Shown here: positions 36,718 to 41,136 of the stretch, one piece after another
Layout of the letters: each line of letters opens with the position of its first letter
Position numbering within the stretch: position 1 is the first letter of the stretch
Assembly: GCA_964583345.1 (NCBI GenBank)
Contig: CAZOWT010000003.1
Span: forward strand, 1 to 41,136
Origin: an uncultured Clostridia bacterium
Lineage (GTDB): Bacteria; Acidobacteriota; Aminicenantia; UBA2199
Reading direction: 5' to 3'
Length of the DNA: 41,136 bases
Position numbers and translations under genes: made by a program
Notes under the pieces: model-generated
Database searches by the model: none
The model's input: the letters and a program-made list of their open reading frames with translations, nothing else
Told to the model about the DNA's origin: nothing

Positions 36718-36894
36718 TTAACTCTGGGTCCATTGTTTGCAGGTCGTTCCCTGGGGAATCCGGCAGGTTCCGAAGAATCCCTCGGGTCCCTGTCCGGGTA
36801 TACCGGTCTTGCAAAATAGCAAAACATGTTCCTCGGGTTTTTTGATTTCCAGGATGATTAATCCGGGTTTTGTCCACTTTTTTTGCTTTTTCAT
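36718..36894 (-). CDS. Candidate RiPP precursor peptide P2 (58 aa), not in the ORF track
   Basis: Manual reverse translation gives MKKQKKWTKPGLIILEIKKPEEHVLLFCKTGIPGQGPEGFFGTCRIPQGTTCKQWTQS with a TAA stop at 36718-36720. The ATG overlaps the TGA of the upstream radical SAM gene (ATGA at 36891-36894). Confidence 0.6.
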   Translation of the reverse strand: MKKQKKWTKPGLIILEIKKPEEHVLLFCKTGIPGQGPEGFFGTCRIPQGTTCKQWTQS

Positions 36895-38018
36895 GGTTTC
36901 GGTCCGGTTTTATCCAGGTTTTTTGCCCGGGCATGGGCCACCCGGCAAAAATAGTCCACTTTGCGGTCCAGATTCCCGGTTTCCAGGTGGGCATGGGCCG
37001 GGCACCACAGGCACAGGTTGATGATAGGACAGATTTTGCATTCAAGTGTCATGGGGTTTTCTTCGGCTCTTGTTTCGACTACCCTGGGTGTGAACCGGTT
37101 CCAGGCTTCTTCCAGATTGCCATTTCGCCAGTCATACCGGAAATCCGGATGGTTGAGCGAGGAGCAGAGGCGAAACAATCCGTCACTGCCCATGACGAAA
37201 CTTCCGTTGCCCATGCCGCAAAGAAAGAGACGGTTATCGGTTTTTTCCTCTTTGTCGGTCCGGATATATGAATGAATATTATTCTCCAGTACCTTAAATC
37301 GCTCGGGATCCGAAGTTTCCAGTTTTACGATCTCTTCCGGTGTCAGCCGCTCTGCTTGAATGTCCCGGTTCCGGTCAGGATCGCGGTCGTATCTCAGGTG
37401 CAGGAAGGGATCAAAACGGTAGTAATCCTTTGTTTTCTGGCGGCAGAAGCCGGAGATTTTCGCAAACTCGTGGAAATTGCTTCTAAGCATCATGGCCTTC
37501 AAACGGATTTTAACCTCTCCGTTGGTCAGCAACTGTAGGCCCCGCATGAATGTTTTATATGAACCCGGTGTGCGGGTTACGGCTTCATAGGTTTCTTCAG
37601 TAACCCCGTAAACCGATACCTCAATGTCTCGGGGAGGGTAGCGCCTGAACAATTTGATATGTTCTCCGGTGATCAGGTTGGCGTTGGTAAATACGGATAC
37701 CAGCAGGCCTTTCTTCTTGAGCAACAGGTAAATATCGGGAAAGTCCCGGCGCAGCAGCGGTTCGCCTCCGGTCAGCAGGCACCAGCAGGCTCCCAGGGAA
37801 ACGGCCTCATCGGCCAGTCGGTTTATCTCGGAAATGGTCAGCTCTTTTTCCCGGGCTGTGTTGTCTCCGGCCGGCAGGTTGATGTAGCAATGCCGGCAGT
37901 TGTTGTTGCAGCGGGCGGTCAATTCAAGCTCGAAGGAAATCAGGGATCTACGGGATTTGATTTTGTCCCACAGGGCAAACTCGGGAAGGGCAATGGAGCT
38001 GATATATGATTTCTTCAT
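36891..38018 (-). CDS. Radical SAM/SPASM-domain peptide maturase (paralogue 2 of 3)
   Basis: 375 aa with CNNNCRHC, GGEPLLR, and the SPASM-type motifs CGMGNGSFVMGSDGLFRLC and CKICPIINLCLWCPA. The C-terminal YFCRVAHARA parallels YLCRVAHAQA in the 397-aa paralogue. Confidence 0.85.
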   Translation of the reverse strand: MKKSYISSIALPEFALWDKIKSRRSLISFELELTARCNNNCRHCYINLPAGDNTAREKELTISEINRLADEAVSLGACWCLLTGGEPLLRRDFPDIYLLLKKKGLLVSVFTNANLITGEHIKLFRRYPPRDIEVSVYGVTEETYEAVTRTPGSYKTFMRGLQLLTNGEVKIRLKAMMLRSNFHEFAKISGFCRQKTKDYYRFDPFLHLRYDRDPDRNRDIQAERLTPEEIVKLETSDPERFKVLENNIHSYIRTDKEEKTDNRLFLCGMGNGSFVMGSDGLFRLCSSLNHPDFRYDWRNGNLEEAWNRFTPRVVETRAEENPMTLECKICPIINLCLWCPAHAHLETGNLDRKVDYFCRVAHARAKNLDKTGPKP

Positions 38019-38794
38019 GGTTTCCTAAGCAATGCGCCGCCTTTCATCTGGCCATTCGTCTTTTCAATATGCACAATGTCCATCCCGCTTCTTTCAAGCT
38101 CTGATTTAAGGGCGTCTACCGAAACAAAGGTATGGATGAATTCCCCGTTCCTCCAGAGTATGTCACCGGTTTCATATTTCAGGTTTCCAAGTGTCAAGCC
38201 GGCAAACAACTTTTTGAAAATTTCCTTCCAGGCCGAAATATTTTTCTCGGTTTTCCACTGAAATTGCAGGAGGGCATAACCACCGGGCCGGAGCATGCTT
38301 TTCACCCTTTTCAGCATTTCAACCCGCCGTTTGCGGGTGGGGATGGCGGAATACAAATCCGGTGAAAACCAGATGATATCGAAGGAATCGGGGGGGAATT
38401 CGATTCGGGATAATTCCTGGACACTGACTTCAATATTCAGCCCCTGATCGATTAAGTTATGGCGGGCACTCTCTGCCATGGCCTCAACAAAATCAACGCC
38501 GTGAACCTCAAAATCCAGGCGGGCCAGGGGAAGCGCTTCCCGGCCCCCGCCAACGCCGATTATCAATATTCTTCCTCTTTTGAAAGGAATTTTTAGTATC
38601 AGTTTTTCCTCGATTTCATTGAAACCGGAAAACAAGAGATCTCTTCGGGTGAAGGATGCAATGCTGTCTGGTTTGGCATAGGTTTGGCGGCTGAATTTCA
38701 CCAGGTCATCCGGCCTCATCAGTACCACTGCCAGGGACTGGATGAACTTTCCCAGTGAAATGAACCGTTTTGCACATCGGATTCTAAGATTCAT
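38015..38794 (-). CDS. Class I SAM-dependent methyltransferase
   Basis: 259 aa with the motif I sequence ILIIGVGGGREALPLA, then FEVHGVDF and LRPGGYALL. It overlaps both neighbours by 4 nt. Confidence 0.8.
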   Translation of the reverse strand: MNLRIRCAKRFISLGKFIQSLAVVLMRPDDLVKFSRQTYAKPDSIASFTRRDLLFSGFNEIEEKLILKIPFKRGRILIIGVGGGREALPLARLDFEVHGVDFVEAMAESARHNLIDQGLNIEVSVQELSRIEFPPDSFDIIWFSPDLYSAIPTRKRRVEMLKRVKSMLRPGGYALLQFQWKTEKNISAWKEIFKKLFAGLTLGNLKYETGDILWRNGEFIHTFVSVDALKSELERSGMDIVHIEKTNGQMKGGALLRKP

Positions 38795-40779
38795 AGATGT
38801 CCTGCTGTCAATTTATTTAAAAGATCCTTAACCTCATTGCCCTTATTAAAATATAAAAAATAACAGGGGACTTCAATAACGATTTTTTCCAGCAGATCCA
38901 GGCTTTTCTGCCACCAATCCCCGGTGCCGAGGGGTTTGATTAAAAAAGACAGCAGTTTGCCGATGATGATCTGTTTATCTTGAATTTGTTCCAGCCGGTT
39001 ATCCGGGGATTTTTCCAGAAAAAGCATGGCTTTCAGAGGTGCAGATGAAGGTGAAACCTCAGGAATGTCCCCGTGGCTCCAGGTCCCATGAATTTTAAAT
39101 CCCTCCGGCCAGTTTCTGACAATATTCCGGTCATCACACAGAATTTCCGTTTCATCCTGAAGAATCCGGGTCAGGGTGGATTTCCCGGCCCCCGAATGAC
39201 CCATAAGAAGAAAGCCTGAACCCTGGTGAATGACACCGCTGGAGTGGAAATAACAACCTTCATGGTATGAAAGAACCTGAGCGATCAACATCTGGTCGGA
39301 AGGCATCAGGGATAACGATGTCACGTCTCCTTTGATAAAGTATTTTTTCTTGGTATCATCATTATAAAGCCGGTTGAAGCGGTAATCCCGGCTGAAGATC
39401 CCGACCTGGGGATAGGAGGTTCTCCGGCCTCCTGAACCGATACAGAAATAAACCCAGTTGTTTCGATGTTTGAAAATTTTCCAGGGTGGCTGGTGAAACA
39501 CCGGTTGTCCCATTTTATTCATTTGAAGGGGTGGATCGGAAAAAAAATGCTGGATGATGGTGTTGTTGTCTCCCGGACCGTCCACCTCAAACGCCTTGAA
39601 TTTGGGATGAAAGGTATTTTTCCGAATAGGCAGTTCCGATTCCAATTGAATGGTAATATTGGCAATTTCATAAAATCGCCGGTGATTCTTTTCCCAGCTT
39701 TTTTTTAATTTCTGTTTTTCCCGGGTGATATCGCAAAGATATTCGATTTTTTGATGATAATTACTGTGCTCCAGGTAGCGATATGCCGGGCAACTGGAAC
39801 AGCTATCGGCAATATCGCAGGAAAAGCAATCCCCGGTTTGAAGCGGCTGGAGGTTGAACTGGTTTTTCAGGGAAGGAATAAATGTATTCCAGATGGTCTC
39901 AAAGGAATTTTTTTTCAGACTTTTTCTGGTAGAGGAGTCCTTGGCAAAAGCACAGAAACTCAAATCACCATAGGGATCGACATGAAATTCCTGCCGGGTC
40001 CGAATGCAGGAAGCAAACACTCCGGTATCGGACATGTTTCCTTCCACATCAATCGATTCTTCACGATTTGCAGGGAGGTGTGAAAAGGGAGGACTAAAAT
40101 CAAGCTCAGCCGCCTGGGCAGGAAGGAGCCGCTGGCCTATAATTTCACGGTTCTTTTTCAAGTTATTTTCGGCAGACAGGTACAGCCAGGAGGCTCCGTA
40201 GCGCCAGGAGGGTGTCAGCGATTCTGCCAGCCGGACCATTTCTGAAAGGTGAATAATATTATCTTTCATGGGCACAATCTGCATTGTGAAATTGGTTCCG
40301 GCTTCTTTCAGGTAGGCGATTCCCTGCATCAGCAATTGAAAGGATCCAGGAGTCCGGGTGATATGGTCATGGGTTTTTTCATCGGCACCGTACAGGGCAA
40401 CCAGCTTGATTCCCTCTCTCTTCAAAAGCCGGGCAATCGAAGGGGTTATCAGGGTGCCATTGGTATTCAGTGTGTAACGATTGGTTTTTCTGGTTATATA
40501 ATCGAAAATTTCAGGAAAATCAGCTCTCAATAGCGGTTCACCTCCGGAAATGTACCACTGGCGGCAGCCCATTCTTCTGGCTTCATCCACCAGTTTTTTA
40601 ATTTCATCAATCTGGAGTTCAGCCTTTATTTTTTTCGAAGCCGGTGGTATTCTCACCCAGCAGTGGTGGCAGTTCAGGTTGCAGCGGTAGGTGAGGTCCA
40701 GCGATCCCTTTCGCGGGATGCGGAGAGAACTGCAGGGCCTGATAGTTGTAAGATAATCATTCATTTCAGCATTGATCAT
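38791..40779 (-). CDS. Radical SAM/SPASM-domain maturase (paralogue 1 of 3) fused to a C-terminal HPr-kinase-like P-loop domain
   Basis: 662 aa. The N-terminal half carries CNLNCHHC, GGEPLLR, CIRTRQEFHVDPYGDLSFC and CFSCDIADSCSSCPA. The C-terminal ~300 aa contain FHSSGVIHQGSGFLLMGHSGAGKSTLTRILQDETEILCDDRNIV, which mirrors the HprK catalytic core (H-G-V...G-x-G-V-L-I-x-G-x-S-G-x-G-K-S...D-D). Confidence 0.8.
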   Translation of the reverse strand: MINAEMNDYLTTIRPCSSLRIPRKGSLDLTYRCNLNCHHCWVRIPPASKKIKAELQIDEIKKLVDEARRMGCRQWYISGGEPLLRADFPEIFDYITRKTNRYTLNTNGTLITPSIARLLKREGIKLVALYGADEKTHDHITRTPGSFQLLMQGIAYLKEAGTNFTMQIVPMKDNIIHLSEMVRLAESLTPSWRYGASWLYLSAENNLKKNREIIGQRLLPAQAAELDFSPPFSHLPANREESIDVEGNMSDTGVFASCIRTRQEFHVDPYGDLSFCAFAKDSSTRKSLKKNSFETIWNTFIPSLKNQFNLQPLQTGDCFSCDIADSCSSCPAYRYLEHSNYHQKIEYLCDITREKQKLKKSWEKNHRRFYEIANITIQLESELPIRKNTFHPKFKAFEVDGPGDNNTIIQHFFSDPPLQMNKMGQPVFHQPPWKIFKHRNNWVYFCIGSGGRRTSYPQVGIFSRDYRFNRLYNDDTKKKYFIKGDVTSLSLMPSDQMLIAQVLSYHEGCYFHSSGVIHQGSGFLLMGHSGAGKSTLTRILQDETEILCDDRNIVRNWPEGFKIHGTWSHGDIPEVSPSSAPLKAMLFLEKSPDNRLEQIQDKQIIIGKLLSFLIKPLGTGDWWQKSLDLLEKIVIEVPCYFLYFNKGNEVKDLLNKLTAGHL

Positions 40780-40841
40780 ATTTCAATTTTAAATCCTTTT
40801 CACCCGCCGATTTTCAAAAACCTGCCTGAAAAAATATTCGC

Positions 40842-41072
40842 TCATGAAGTATTATTCTGCGCCTGACAGGCGGCGTGGCATGCGCTCGACTGCCTACATT
40901 GATTGAAGGCCGAGTTCGGACCTGTAAAATTTTGGGTTTTACAATTCAGCGTCAGCACCTCGTCGGGATTGCTCCGGCATAATATTACCAGCTGGGGCCT
41001 TTCCCAGAACTTTTTCTTGTCATATTTTTTTGCTGTATCCATTTTTTTCATTTCTTTTTCAGTTTCCTTCAT
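40842..41072 (-). CDS. Candidate RiPP precursor peptide P3 (76 aa from the first ATG; the start is uncertain, with alternative Met codons at residues 8 and 11)
   Basis: MKETEKEMKKMDTAKKYDKKKFWERPQLVILCRSNPDEVLTLNCKTQNFTGPNSAFNQCRQSSACHAACQAQNNTS shares W-x-[KR]-P-x-L, P-[DE]-E-x-L, CKT, GP, spaced Cys and the C-terminal TS with P1 and P2. It is the first gene of the operon. Confidence 0.55.
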   Translation of the reverse strand: MKETEKEMKKMDTAKKYDKKKFWERPQLVILCRSNPDEVLTLNCKTQNFTGPNSAFNQCRQSSACHAACQAQNNTS

Positions 41073-41099
41073 GAATAATAAAAACCATTTTAGTTATAT

Positions 41100-41108
41100 A
41101 TTATATCA
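41100..41108 (-). promoter_or_regulatory. Extended -10 element TGaTATAAT upstream of P3 (weak call in AT-rich DNA at the window edge)
   Basis: The minus strand reads attaTGATATAATatataac. TATAAT is at 41105-41100 and TG at 41108-41107. The -35 region is poor and partly outside the window. Confidence 0.3.
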
Positions 41109-41136
41109 TAATTTTTACTCCGGAATCTGTTTACCT

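Larger units (their letters stand above)
36437..36894 (-). repeat. Diverged tandem duplication of a ~180-bp precursor-peptide gene unit (P2 then P1)
   Basis: P1 and P2 align over their whole length at protein level. The antisense ORFs 36474..36665 and 36737..37021 in the track also resemble each other (…PSGPWPTWPVLQKSSTCSSG… versus …PSGPCPGIPVLQNSKTCSSG…), which shows the similarity is at DNA level. Confidence 0.6.

Noticed and set aside
36633-37045. ORFs 36633..36827 (64 aa) and 36680..37045 (121 aa) on the minus strand, and plus-strand ORFs 36474..36665 and 36737..37021
   Set aside because: These are alternative frames or strands of the P1/P2 duplication and of the 3' end of the 375-aa rSAM gene. 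Only the P1 and P2 frames give mutually alignable peptides with conserved Cys and a leader motif. The similarity between the two plus-strand ORFs is explained by the DNA duplication.
1-41136. CRISPR arrays, tRNA/rRNA genes, IS elements, integrases, prophage or toxin-antitoxin modules
   Set aside because: I found no direct-repeat/spacer periodicity and no cloverleaf-like sequence in any intergenic spacer (all are under 290 nt). There were no transposase- or recombinase-like ORFs. The only repeats noted are the P1/P2 duplication and the homopolymer tracts.

Overview
This is a densely coded chromosomal window from a diderm, apparently anaerobic bacterium. I saw no rRNA, tRNA, CRISPR array, transposase or integrase.

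Gene content, left to right:
- 1-8241, minus strand: a housekeeping and envelope-sugar block (lepA fragment, methyltransferase, tatA, B3/B4-domain protein, rfbB, rfbA, glmS, ugd).
- 8394-12054: small membrane proteins, a VanZ-like protein, an outer-membrane beta-barrel, and secreted hypothetical proteins.
- 12314-18764, plus strand: a type IV pilus minor-pilin operon (FimT/GspH-like, PilV-, PilW-, PilX-like, vWA-PilY1, plus a coupled lipoprotein). A sigma-54-type promoter sits in front of it.
- 18927-23501: ftsY-ribD-ribE-ribBA followed by a HEAT-repeat gene.
- 23598-27659, minus strand: tyrS and a four-subunit 2-oxoacid:ferredoxin oxidoreductase in delta-alpha-beta-gamma order.
- 27760-30435: a GGDEF cyclase, an Asp/Glu racemase-family gene and ispH.
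- 30718-34394: an AmmeMemoRadiSam cluster. It has a Memo-AMMECR1 fusion, an inserted DUF362 gene and a radical SAM enzyme, and all three carry N-terminal export signals.
- 34391-41072, minus strand: the most interesting part, a nine-gene RiPP-like operon. It encodes three paralogous radical SAM/SPASM enzymes (one fused to an HPr-kinase-like P-loop domain), a PqqD-type peptide chaperone, a methyltransferase and an S24/S26 peptidase. It also encodes three paralogous Cys-containing small peptides that all end in Ser. One of these is a 58-codon ORF missing from the supplied ORF track. I could not assign the peptides to any RiPP precursor family I recognise.

All calls rest on reading motifs in the translations. 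No database search was possible.
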